Shown here piece after piece: positions 28,696 through 38,001 of a stretch of 64,000 nt of DNA. The notes below the pieces were generated by a model. That model was not told the origin of the DNA. It saw nothing but the letters and a program-made list of their open reading frames with translations, and ran no database searches. The DNA is from Ignavibacteriota bacterium (GTDB taxonomy: Bacteria > Bacteroidota > Ignavibacteria > UBA10030): NCBI GenBank assembly GCA_003142475.1, contig PLMK01000042.1:131586-195585 (forward strand), written 5' to 3'. Each line of letters starts with the position of its first letter. The stretch's first letter is position 1. The position numbers were made by a program, and so were the translations under genes.

Positions 28696-29315
28696 AGGAA
28701 TCCTATTGTAAAAAGTATGTTGAAGAGGATTTTAAGGCTCCAATCTAAAGAAGTAACAAGAAATAGATTTTCTGTTGAATAATGTATGAGAATTCCTCGT
28801 AATGCAATAGTCACGAGTGTACCTGCATAATAGATCACAAAGGAAAGAAGAATCCAAAAATAGCTATGGTTCATTAAGGGCTGAATTCGATTACCTATAA
28901 CAACAAACAATGTATATCCAGCTCCAAGAGTAAGGAGAACTTGTGAAGCACTTGCCGTAACTGAATATAATCCATTCATAGGTTCAAATGTAAGTTTTGC
29001 AATAACCCAAAACAGTATATAAAGTAGCATCAACGCCTGAAAAAATCTTTTCATCCGACGCGACTCTTGCCAAATGGAAATGATTGACATAATAAACATG
29101 TATTCTATGAGATAATATACGTGTACAAGTCCTAGAGTAAATTGATATCCTCTAGCGAACCATACAAAATAAATATCTGCAGCAAATGCAACTATGAGAT
29201 AATAAAAGAGGATTTTTATTCCATCATGTAAAATCCTTATTTTAAAAATTCCAGCTCCAATCGGTAAAATCGGACTGAAGTGCGATATATAAGCAAAGAA
29301 AGGATATTGATTCAT
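28674..29315 (-). CDS. Polytopic membrane protein (5-6 TM), possibly the detached sensor module of the downstream histidine kinase
   Basis: Hydrophobic throughout; 3' end overlaps the HK start by 22 nt in another frame. Confidence 0.5.
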   Translation of the reverse strand: MNQYPFFAYISHFSPILPIGAGIFKIRILHDGIKILFYYLIVAFAADIYFVWFARGYQFTLGLVHVYYLIEYMFIMSIISIWQESRRMKRFFQALMLLYILFWVIAKLTFEPMNGLYSVTASASQVLLTLGAGYTLFVVIGNRIQPLMNHSYFWILLSFVIYYAGTLVTIALRGILIHYSTENLFLVTSLDWSLKILFNILFTIGFLCPQTRT

Positions 29316-29506
29316 CTACTAAGTTGTTTCTAAAATAAGTACTATAAGTTTTATAAGTAACTAATCAGAATGTCGTTAAATCAATAAATATACACGTTTG
29401 TTGCGGCATCTGAATTATAATGCAGTAGAGTTGCCTGGTGTACAACTCCTCCACATTATTTTATTTTAAGATAGTAAATGAATTATGCTCTTGCAATCTA
29501 TGCATG

Positions 29507-29878
29507 CTAATTACCACAAAAGGGAGGACATATGATTGTCGGACCAGCTATGAGATTTGATACCATATCTCTACCATGTTTATCAACTCCAACAATCACG
29601 AATCCAAATTTGCCGTCTGCACGCTTGCCATAATATGTGCGAACTCCAACACAGCCGGGTTGCTTCATAGTTTTTTCTACAACATCCTTTCCAATATAGT
29701 GAGCAAGCATTGCATCCGATGGCACAGAGATGCGGTGTATGTTTGTCAAGGCGGTTGCATCCTGTATTGATATTGATTGTCCTGCATTCATAGATTTATC
29801 GGTTGATGGATAGATGATGAGTACGATTGCGCTTAGTGCGAAAATCGAGATAATGGTAAGAGTTCTCTTTATAGACAT
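29507..29878 (-). CDS. Small secreted hypothetical protein (123 aa)
   Basis: N-terminal signal peptide/TM anchor; no recognisable family. Confidence 0.4.
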   Translation of the reverse strand: MSIKRTLTIISIFALSAIVLIIYPSTDKSMNAGQSISIQDATALTNIHRISVPSDAMLAHYIGKDVVEKTMKQPGCVGVRTYYGKRADGKFGFVIVGVDKHGRDMVSNLIAGPTIICPPFCGN

Positions 29879-30744
29879 TTATATTCTCCTTAAGAATAAA
29901 ATATATTTTGTGTGACTGCCAATTGACAGGATATCTTGGAACGTGAAATTCGAAAAGCAGTGCGGCAGGGAGCGACTTGGAGGGGAATTACAATTCTCAA
30001 ACATCGTGGTCCTTTCAATATAGTTTAAGATATGTGACTAAAGAAAACTATGTGTCAATTTTTCATCCAGCATGTTTCTATTAGTCTCCCTTGACTAATA
30101 TTTAAATTTAACATCCTCATAGTCCCGACAAACAAGGATGAGGTTTTCTATCATTACTGCCGCCTATATGCCAGACTGAAGCGGCACCCCGCTAAATTGG
30201 AACGCGTTATTTGATGCAAAAAGCAATATACATTCTGGCCTTGTATAACAATAGTGAAATCAACAATTATTTCTGCCGTTATTTACATATTAAGCTACAC
30301 CATTACGTACTAATTGTCTGTCGTATTTTAACCAATTGTTTGTAGCGATTTTGGTGCAAGTATTTGTCGTAAAAAACAGATAATTTGATAACATTAATAT
30401 GTTCAAGCATGAAAAATGGAATTTTATCGTTCCAATTCCTTGTTTTCTACCATATAATATGGTTTTTCGAGGTATTTATAAACAAATTCTCACTCTTTAA
30501 TTCCGTCCGATCAGCAATATGCATAATGAAATTACGGCAAAGTATTGGTGAAAATACGACATGCAGAATACTTGCTTTTCTATACGCGTTCAATGTATAT
30601 TGGGTTGCAGGGTTTTCGCACTCATAAATATGAGTTGTGAAAAATTTTAAAAGTTTTTTGTACATCAATATTATTTAAGTATACATATTAGATTCCAAAC
30701 CTGTTGGTGGCGTTCAATATGCATATGCATAGAAATCAGAGCAG

Positions 30745-31062
30745 ATGCTGAAAACTATGAACGAGGAGGATAAAAAAATGTCTACTGAAATAATTCTTCA
30801 TGAAGCAACCGCAGTCTTACAAGCTGCACTTCACCATGCATCAGAACTCTCAGAGGTTGGAGTAACTGATGACGAGTTTCTTCTTATGCGTGTTCTCATT
30901 ACGAGCGTCGCTGCGCATTCCTATACTTCGCTGGGAAAGAATATTGACTTACATGACGAAGTGCACAAACTTAAAAATTTGAAGGATGTCATTGTCAGAA
31001 CGGCGGAAAAGCGGTTTGGCCAAACAAACAAGGTGTTGGATGAATTCAGATATGTCGCATAG
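30745..31062 (+). CDS. Hypothetical protein (about 95-105 aa) in the AT-rich accessory region
   Basis: ORF only; helical composition; no homology recognised. Confidence 0.3.
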   Translation: MLKTMNEEDKKMSTEIILHEATAVLQAALHHASELSEVGVTDDEFLLMRVLITSVAAHSYTSLGKNIDLHDEVHKLKNLKDVIVRTAEKRFGQTNKVLDEFRYVA

Positions 31063-31520
31063 CAAAAATCGATTGGCTGAAATATTATGCATATAAACCT
31101 CAACCGCATCACGAATACTTAGAACTCTTGTTGCATGAGAAGCCGACTCCTGTACTCGTTTGTTTCGACAACACGAATATCATATTAACAAATCCAATTA
31201 ACTTGAATGATGTAAGTCACAGATACTGTGCACTGCGTAACCCTTATAAAAGATTACAGCTGATTTGGTCACTTCTCTCCTTCCCAACACGATATCAAAT
31301 TTTATCGGATATCCTCCCATCAAACAAGTTTATCCGACTATTGACACTAGTCAGAATGCGAAGCGGGCTGGCAGCCAGGCGGAATGGGAACGGAGTAATG
31401 TGTGGAGCACTTCTAAATTCCAATTCTATCTGCATGTAATATGGTTTTGCGCAACATCAGCAAGTTATTCATAAGACTCATTACTTCTGCATTTCACAAT
31501 TTTCATCACAGGAGAATGCT

Positions 31521-32321
31521 ATGGCACAACGCAAATCTGTAACACATACAAAATCCAAAGCAGTGCAGAATCATCGTTATGGCTGGGTTCCGGATGTGCC
31601 GGACCAGCGGGATTTTCTTTACGGCACAGTGCGTCCTACTTTTCTGGCGCTTCCATCTCAAATCGATTTGCGCCCATCGTGTTCGCCGGTAGAAAACCAG
31701 GGCAATCTTGGAAGTTGTACGGGCAATGCACTTGCCGGCGCAATCGAGTTCCTAGAACGAAAGGATCGTGTTTCATTTACGGATGCGAGTAGATTGTTCA
31801 TCTATTATAATGAACGGGCTTTGGAAGGTACTATCAAGTCGGATGCAGGGGCAATGATTCGCGATGGAATTAAAACGCTGAAGAAACAGGGAGTGTGTTC
31901 GGAAACGCACTGGCCTTACATCATTTCAAAATTTACAATTAAACCGAGCCCGAAGTGTTACAAAGAAGCGATGAAGCGCCAAATCACATCGTACCATCGC
32001 ATTCTTACGCTCGACGACATGCGGGCTTGCCTTGCAGACGGGTTTCCGTTTGTGTTCGGATTCACGGTATATGAAAGTTTCGAATCGCAGGAAGTTGCCA
32101 GCACAGGCTTTGTGCAAATGCCTCAGTTTAACGAACGCGTACTCGGCGGCCATGCCGTGCTTGCCGTAGGATATGATGATGCTCAAAGACGATTTATCGT
32201 CCGGAACTCGTGGGGTACCGACTGGGGACAGAAAGGATATTTCACAATGCCGTACGAATATCTTGCAAACCGCAATCTTGCCGATGATCTCTGGACAATA
32301 CGAAGAGGAGAAAAGATGTAG
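31521..32321 (+). CDS. Papain-family (C1A) cysteine peptidase, no signal peptide
   Basis: Catalytic Cys box QGNLGSCTGNA, His box GGHAVLAVGYDD, Asn/Trp box NSWGTDWG. Confidence 0.8.
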   Translation: MAQRKSVTHTKSKAVQNHRYGWVPDVPDQRDFLYGTVRPTFLALPSQIDLRPSCSPVENQGNLGSCTGNALAGAIEFLERKDRVSFTDASRLFIYYNERALEGTIKSDAGAMIRDGIKTLKKQGVCSETHWPYIISKFTIKPSPKCYKEAMKRQITSYHRILTLDDMRACLADGFPFVFGFTVYESFESQEVASTGFVQMPQFNERVLGGHAVLAVGYDDAQRRFIVRNSWGTDWGQKGYFTMPYEYLANRNLADDLWTIRRGEKM

Positions 32322-32588
32322 CAATGGCTTTGTAATTCCTTGGCATCAAGAACCCAACTCCGATAGATTTGTAATCTGAGATGTCTAGTGCGTATGCTGT
32401 TACGCCCTGTTTGAATAATCTGCTCTCTCCTTTAAAAGTTTGTATATCTCAAGTCACTTTTGTAGATTAGAACCAGTTCTACTATGATATGTACACGGGG
32501 AGTAGCGTGTGCATATTTACCGACGTAAAAGTTTTCCAAACATACAATGATATTAATGGGCTGAAAAGTGGAGTCTATCTAATCAGTA

Positions 32589-32600
32589 GTTAGGCGGCAT
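32589..32600. repeat. Isolated attC R' core GTTAGGCGGCAT immediately upstream of the first cassette-like ORF
   Basis: 12-mer identical to 42034-42045 and reverse-complementary to the left end (ATGCCGCCTAAC) of the element at 32907. Confidence 0.5.
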
Positions 32601-32917
32601 TGAATCATATGAATACTATCTCCCATATCAACAATTGTCATAAATGTAACGAGACAAAATCTATTCGTTCGAGTGTATTTCGACAGAACGTAAGCTATTT
32701 ATTTCGGCGGCAAGAAAAGGAGTTTCGAGGATCATTCTGTTTCCGTTGCACCTCAATTCTTTTCTTTAAGTGTACTCTTATTACTCTCATTGGAACTTGG
32801 TGGGGTGTTATTGGTGCACTTATCGGACCCGTTTACATTATTCAGAACATTTATTTCTATTTAAAAAGTGTTTTAAGTTTTCTCTTTAGCAATGAAGAAA
32901 CAACTAATGCCGCCTAA
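32600..32917 (+). CDS. Cassette-like ORF: small Cys-rich (CxxC...CxxC) protein with a C-terminal TM segment
   Basis: Starts (TTG 32600 or ATG 32609) right after the GTTAGGC core; stop codon TAA 32915-32917 lies inside GCCTAAC of the following attC-like element. Confidence 0.4.
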   Translation: MNHMNTISHINNCHKCNETKSIRSSVFRQNVSYLFRRQEKEFRGSFCFRCTSILFFKCTLITLIGTWWGVIGALIGPVYIIQNIYFYLKSVLSFLFSNEETTNAA

Positions 32918-33071
32918 CCAGGCGCTCAAGCAGACGGAATGAGCTCACTACAAAATTCATGGCGATCAGAGGTTTAGTACAATTTGAAAGTTATCAGCGC
33001 CGCAGTCCCGCTGTAAGGGATCCTCGATTCGACTCTTAGTCGAATCGGGACTTAGCCGCCATCCGGTAGGT
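32912..33071. repeat. attC-like recombination site A (about 160 bp imperfect inverted repeat: GCCTAAC...GGCGCTCAAG // CTTAGCCGCC...GGTAGGT)
   Basis: Left end GCCTAAC (inverse core), right end GGTAGGT (core-like); ends are mutual imperfect reverse complements; internal hairpins. Confidence 0.6.
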
Positions 33072-33112
33072 TTTATTCATATATTTTAAATAGGGCTATC
33101 AAGGAATCCAAA

Positions 33113-33601
33113 ATGCAATTCGTTTGTATCAATTCAGACCATGATTTATCAAGCGTAGTCAAGGTTCTCAACGAAGCGCATGGGACGATTGCAAAGGAAT
33201 TTGGATTTACAAAAGAAAATAATCCAACAAACAGTGCTTTTATTGATGAGCATGCTTTACGGGCACAATTAAATAAAGGTATAGAATTATATCAATTAAC
33301 AGTAAATGATAAAGTTATCGGTTGCATAGCAATTGAAAAATCGGCAAAAGAAATTGACACTTATTATATTGAGAAGGTTTCTATAATTCCAGAGTATAGA
33401 CATCAAGGATATGGAATTAAAATAATGGAATATGCTGCCGAAAAGATCAAGGCACAAAACGGTAAATGGATTTCAATAGCTTTAATTGATTCAAATACCA
33501 GACTTAAAAATTGGTATTCAAAGCAAGGATTTAAAGAAACAGGAACAAGGGATTTTCCTCATTTGCCATTTAGAGTTTGCTTTATGAAAAAAGAAGTATA
33601 A
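33113..33601 (+). CDS. Cassette-like ORF: GNAT family acetyltransferase
   Basis: GNAT motif-A region HQGYGIKIM; flanked on both sides by attC-like elements. Confidence 0.8.
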   Translation: MQFVCINSDHDLSSVVKVLNEAHGTIAKEFGFTKENNPTNSAFIDEHALRAQLNKGIELYQLTVNDKVIGCIAIEKSAKEIDTYYIEKVSIIPEYRHQGYGIKIMEYAAEKIKAQNGKWISIALIDSNTRLKNWYSKQGFKETGTRDFPHLPFRVCFMKKEV

Positions 33602-33603
33602 AA

Positions 33604-33769
33604 CCTGACTAGGTGCTCAAGTCCCGCTGTCAATATAAATTCTTATATAGCGGGATGTCCAAGATGGCGCTGCAAGCGACAGCGCCTATGGCGCACACTC
33701 GGTTTGTCCAGAAGAAAGAATCACACGAAGAGTGATACAATATTTTTCAAGGAGTGCCATTTCGTTGGG
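33604..33769. repeat. attC-like recombination site B (divergent copy of the same family)
   Basis: Starts 2 nt after the GNAT stop; shares GGTGCTCAAG, GGCGC...GCGCC and TGTCCAGAAGAAAGAATCACACGAAGAGTGATAC modules with copies C-E; right end GTTGGGC (33763-33769) fits GTTRRRY. Confidence 0.5.
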
Positions 33770-33897
33770 CAACCACATAGGAGAGCACAAGATGAAAAAG
33801 GTGATGTATTATTTCTTTTGGATTGGAATTTGATCCCTGGGAATAGATCTAAGAACACTTAGATTACTATATTTCTATACTCAAATAGGATAGCATT

Positions 33898-34602
33898 ATG
33901 AAAATAACAACATTCTATTGCATCATTTTGTGTTTGTATTCGTTTGCGCTGAAAGCACAGGATAGTACAAATAATACAAAGATCGATACATTGCTTTTAT
34001 ATCAAAAGAAAATGTTATCGCAGCAGGAAAAAATATATAACGAAATAGTTCGCTATAAAGAACCGCTCGAGAATAAAAAATTTGGTATTGAATTCAATCC
34101 CGCATATTTTTTAGTAAGCAGCTCACGTTCATATACGGTTTTAAGCGGAGGATTTTCACTTTTTGATGTGGATAGACATGCAGAAATTGCATTTCCGATA
34201 TTTTATCAAAATGGAACAGACGAAAACTCTGGAAATCATGAGTTAACACTTTGGAACCAGGATATAGTTTATAGGAAATTCTTGGGACAACACCAAGACG
34301 GATTTTATATTGAGGGGGGATTGCGTTATACGCATATCAGAGGAGAAGAAGGCGGTGATCTATCACTATTTGGGCTCAGCCTGTTTCCATCATCATCCGC
34401 ACCAATTATAACAACAGATAAAGTCGGAGCGATGTTCGGTATCGGATATAGATATTTTTCAACTTCAGGTATTTATTGGGGAATAAGTTTTGTATGGGGA
34501 TCATATTTTTCTGCTGATAAGCGTACAATACAAGGAATCATAGGTGATGATACGAAAACAATAATAGACTTTGAGATATTAAAATTTGGTTATGCATTCT
34601 AG
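33898..34602 (+). CDS. Outer-membrane beta-barrel protein (about 8-10 strands), family unknown
   Basis: Signal peptide; alternating aromatic beta pattern; C-terminal ...FGYAF. Confidence 0.5.
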   Translation: MKITTFYCIILCLYSFALKAQDSTNNTKIDTLLLYQKKMLSQQEKIYNEIVRYKEPLENKKFGIEFNPAYFLVSSSRSYTVLSGGFSLFDVDRHAEIAFPIFYQNGTDENSGNHELTLWNQDIVYRKFLGQHQDGFYIEGGLRYTHIRGEEGGDLSLFGLSLFPSSSAPIITTDKVGAMFGIGYRYFSTSGIYWGISFVWGSYFSADKRTIQGIIGDDTKTIIDFEILKFGYAF

Positions 34603-34664
34603 CTGCGTTAAACTGATCGTTCCCTAATGTGGCTGTGTTTTAAATCCATGAGAGAATTCTCTAT

Positions 34665-35195
34665 ATGCCAACAGAAGAAGAATTAAAATATCCAATCGGA
34701 AAATTTGTATTTAAACAACCAACACCTGAACTTCGAACAGAATATATTCGTCAGTTTAGAACCGCTCCACCTCTTTTATATGATGCTGTTAAAAATCTCA
34801 CTGAGGATCAACTCCTCAACACATATCGTCCTGGCGGTTGGACTCTTGCTCAGGTTGTGCATCATTTAGTTGAATCAGATGTCAATGCCTATCCTCGACT
34901 TAAGTATGCTCTTACGATAGATGTGCCGGATGTGATGGTGGCAGAACAAGGGTTGTGGGCAGAATTACCCGATGCAAAATCTCCATCAATTGATTTGTCG
35001 TTGGCTCTGTTCGGAGCAATCCGTAATCGTTGGGTAGAAGCATTTGAATCGCTTGACTCAAGTTCTTTCGATCGACAATGGCGGCATTCTCGATATGGCG
35101 TGTTGACGGTCGACACTTTGCTCCAGCAGTATGCATGGCATGCCCAGCATCATACCGCTCAAATAAGCAGCCTTCGAAGACGCATGGGTTGGTAG
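34665..35195 (+). CDS. DinB_2/YfiT-family metal-dependent hydrolase (bacillithiol-transferase-like fold)
   Basis: Conserved His triad context: VVHHLVESD, AWHAQHHTAQI. Confidence 0.7.
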   Translation: MPTEEELKYPIGKFVFKQPTPELRTEYIRQFRTAPPLLYDAVKNLTEDQLLNTYRPGGWTLAQVVHHLVESDVNAYPRLKYALTIDVPDVMVAEQGLWAELPDAKSPSIDLSLALFGAIRNRWVEAFESLDSSSFDRQWRHSRYGVLTVDTLLQQYAWHAQHHTAQISSLRRRMGW

Positions 35196-35212
35196 TGGGG
35201 CACCTAAAAATT

Positions 35213-36136
35213 TTACACGGTGTTCATCAATCCAGCCATATTCTCATAAAATATTTTCTTGATGTCCCCCATCGGTACACGCATTTCCTGAAGCAACTTC
35301 ATCTGATTATCCACAATGTCGTAGCGGTAACCGCGTGGTAAAAAACCTGAATCTGATCCAAATAAAATTCTCTTTGCAGTATAGATTTCTAAGAATTTCT
35401 GAAACACGTGACGCATATCGGGCTTTGTGGGATGTTCGGTAATCCAGGAATTTGATCCAGCAGTGTCGACATAAACGTTCGGACATTGTTTTCCGATTTC
35501 CAAGGTTTCTTCAAACATTCCGGCCCCAAAATTTGGAATGATAAATTTGATTCCGGTAAATTTCTTTGCTACCGGTATCAAATCTTTGGGATTGGCAAAT
35601 TCATCATTAGTCACCGTAGGAATACCGGCGTACTCGCGGTTATGCATAATCAACTTGCCAAATTGCACAAAGATAATGCTGCTGCATTCCTGAATGAGAT
35701 TATAGAGAGGATAGAGCCATTCATCGTTGACATTAATTTGATAAAGTGAAGGATAGAGCAACACTCCCTTCAACTTATCTTCCTTTATCCGCTTTGTGGC
35801 ATTCTCCATCAACAAATTAGAATTAGGATCGATGGTGAACATTCCAGAGAAGCGAGTTGGAAACGCGTTCACTGCTTTGACTATCGATTCTTCATCTCCT
35901 GGAATACTGCCCAAGAGCATCAACCGTTCCAACTTCCATTTGTCGATAATATCAATCCAACGCTTGGCAAGCTGTACAGGATCTTCACCGGGGATTTCGA
36001 TGTGTCCTTTTGACGCAAGGTTCTTAAGCTCAGTGTTGATGTCTGCGCGATTAGGTTTTTGCTTCACTAAAAACTTGAAAAAAGTGTTTGAGTAGAAGTG
36101 AACGTGAGCATCAAATATTTTATAGAGACCAATCAA
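35213..36136 (-). CDS. Amidohydrolase-2 family (TIM-barrel metal-dependent hydrolase)
   Basis: N-terminal DAHVHF metal-binding motif; about 307 aa. Confidence 0.7.
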   Translation of the reverse strand: MIGLYKIFDAHVHFYSNTFFKFLVKQKPNRADINTELKNLASKGHIEIPGEDPVQLAKRWIDIIDKWKLERLMLLGSIPGDEESIVKAVNAFPTRFSGMFTIDPNSNLLMENATKRIKEDKLKGVLLYPSLYQINVNDEWLYPLYNLIQECSSIIFVQFGKLIMHNREYAGIPTVTNDEFANPKDLIPVAKKFTGIKFIIPNFGAGMFEETLEIGKQCPNVYVDTAGSNSWITEHPTKPDMRHVFQKFLEIYTAKRILFGSDSGFLPRGYRYDIVDNQMKLLQEMRVPMGDIKKIFYENMAGLMNTV

Positions 36137-36194
36137 ATTATGAGTTTAAAATGAAAAGGGTTTTTAATCGATATAGTTAATTATCAAACGTTTA

Positions 36195-36938
36195 TCATCT
36201 GGATAATGGTTCTTTCTTTGCAATATAAATAGAAGCGATACCAAAAGTCTGTGGAAAACAAGTTGCATTTGTAAATCCCGCTGAACGCAGCAAAGCACCA
36301 AACTCCTCGCCATCCGGAAACTCTGCTACTGTACTTGGAAGATATTCGTACGCCGAACGATTGTTTGAAACTATTCCTCCAAGCAGAGGAAGGAAGTATC
36401 GTGAATAAAAGCGAAACATTTGTTTTATCGGAAATCGTTTTGGTTGAGAAAATTCTAAAATTATGGTACAGCCACCTATCCGTAAAACACGGTGAAACTC
36501 TTTCAATCCAAGTTCAAGATCTGTAAAATTCCTTACGCCGAATGCAGCCATCACTACATCGAATGAACCGGACTCGAAACGTAGATGTTCGGCTTCGCCA
36601 GATTCGAGTGTGATAAGGTGAGTCAGCTTCCGAGTCTGAATTTTACGACGACCTATTTCCAACATCTTCGGTGAAATATCGATACCGATAATTTGTTCAG
36701 GATTCAACCTCACTGCTTCAATAGCCAAATCAGCAGTGCCTGTTGCGACATCAAGAATTTGTTTCGGTTGAAATGGCTGAAGCAGCTGAATTGCTCTTCG
36801 CCGCCAAATAATATCGATACCGGAACTCAGTGTGTGATTAAGAAAATCGTATCGATGCGCAATGGAATTAAAAAGCGAACGCACAAACGTTTGCTCATAA
36901 ACATTTCGCCTGGGCAATTGACAATTGGTCATTTTCAA
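36195..36938 (-). CDS. ubiE: Demethylmenaquinone / ubiquinone biosynthesis C-methyltransferase
   Basis: UbiE/MenG family N-terminus (FNSIAHRYDFLN), SAM motif VLDVATGTADLA. Confidence 0.85.
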   Translation of the reverse strand: MKMTNCQLPRRNVYEQTFVRSLFNSIAHRYDFLNHTLSSGIDIIWRRRAIQLLQPFQPKQILDVATGTADLAIEAVRLNPEQIIGIDISPKMLEIGRRKIQTRKLTHLITLESGEAEHLRFESGSFDVVMAAFGVRNFTDLELGLKEFHRVLRIGGCTIILEFSQPKRFPIKQMFRFYSRYFLPLLGGIVSNNRSAYEYLPSTVAEFPDGEEFGALLRSAGFTNATCFPQTFGIASIYIAKKEPLSR

Positions 36939-37156
36939 TTATTTAAACAAGCTATTAAACCAATGAATCAACCACATATTCCCCTATTTTATCATCGATA
37001 TTTCAAATCAACAATTTTTCGATTCAAACTTCCAATACTTAAAATATACATAAGAGAGCCAAGAATTCCAATGTTTAACCGCTCTAAGGAGCCAACGAAG
37101 TATCTTGAATCAAATGAAAGATTAACGTATTATTTTATCAACACACTGCCCAGCGG

Positions 37157-37984
37157 ATGCAAACTATGACACCAAATTACATTGATTCTCATGCACATCT
37201 TTTCTTTACCGATTACGCAAATGAACTTACAGCAGTATTATCCCGGGCAAAAGAAGCTGGAGTAAGCGTTATCATCGTTCCTGGAACGGATGTGAAGTCC
37301 AGCCGAGAGGCTATCCAGCTTGCTAATCAGCATGAAAATATTTTTGCATGCGTTGGTATCCATCCGCACGAGGCATTAAAAGCGGGTCACCAAGATTTGG
37401 CGGAGATTGAAAAGCTCTGCGAACATCCGAAAGTAGTTGCTATCGGGGAAATTGGTTTGGATTATCATTATGATTTCTCGCCGCGCGAATTACAGCAAAA
37501 ATATTTTGTTGAACAGATGGAAATTGCAGTACGAAAACACTTGCCGGTTGTTTTGCACATGCGCGAATCAACTGAAGATGTTTTTTCTATCGTAGAAAGG
37601 ACTGTAAATGTAAACCCAAATTGGAAAAAGAACAGTACAGAACCGATGCGCGGTGTATTCCATTGTTTTCCAGGAACAGCGGACCAAGCTGCCTATGTGC
37701 ATGAACTTGGTTTTTGCGTTTCATTTCCCGGTATTGTTACATTTAAGAAATCAAATAGTATCGAAGTTGTGAAGCAGATTGGAATTCAGAATATTTTACT
37801 CGAAACAGATTCTCCCTATATGACGCCAGTCCCTTTGCGTGGAAAAAGGAATGAGCCGGCAAACATAGTGTTGATCGGACGTAAGATTGCAGAAGCGCTT
37901 AACATTTCCGAAGAAGAAGTAGCGCGCATTACTACAGAGAATGCTATGCGTTTGTTTAGTCCACATCAGTTTAGAAAAGAATGA
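37157..37984 (+). CDS. tatD: TatD family metal-dependent DNase/hydrolase
   Basis: IDSHAHL N-terminal motif, EIGLDYHY, conserved His/Asp pattern. Confidence 0.85.
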   Translation: MQTMTPNYIDSHAHLFFTDYANELTAVLSRAKEAGVSVIIVPGTDVKSSREAIQLANQHENIFACVGIHPHEALKAGHQDLAEIEKLCEHPKVVAIGEIGLDYHYDFSPRELQQKYFVEQMEIAVRKHLPVVLHMRESTEDVFSIVERTVNVNPNWKKNSTEPMRGVFHCFPGTADQAAYVHELGFCVSFPGIVTFKKSNSIEVVKQIGIQNILLETDSPYMTPVPLRGKRNEPANIVLIGRKIAEALNISEEEVARITTENAMRLFSPHQFRKE

Positions 37985-38001
37985 AAAATGACAATGAACT
38001 A

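Noticed and set aside
34603-34664. Possible additional attC-like site between the OMP gene and the DinB_2 gene (GCTGCGTTAAAC...GGCTGTG)
   Set aside because: It is only about 45 bp with weak similarity to the repeat ends and lacks the conserved core and GTTRRRY motif, so it is judged a chance resemblance.
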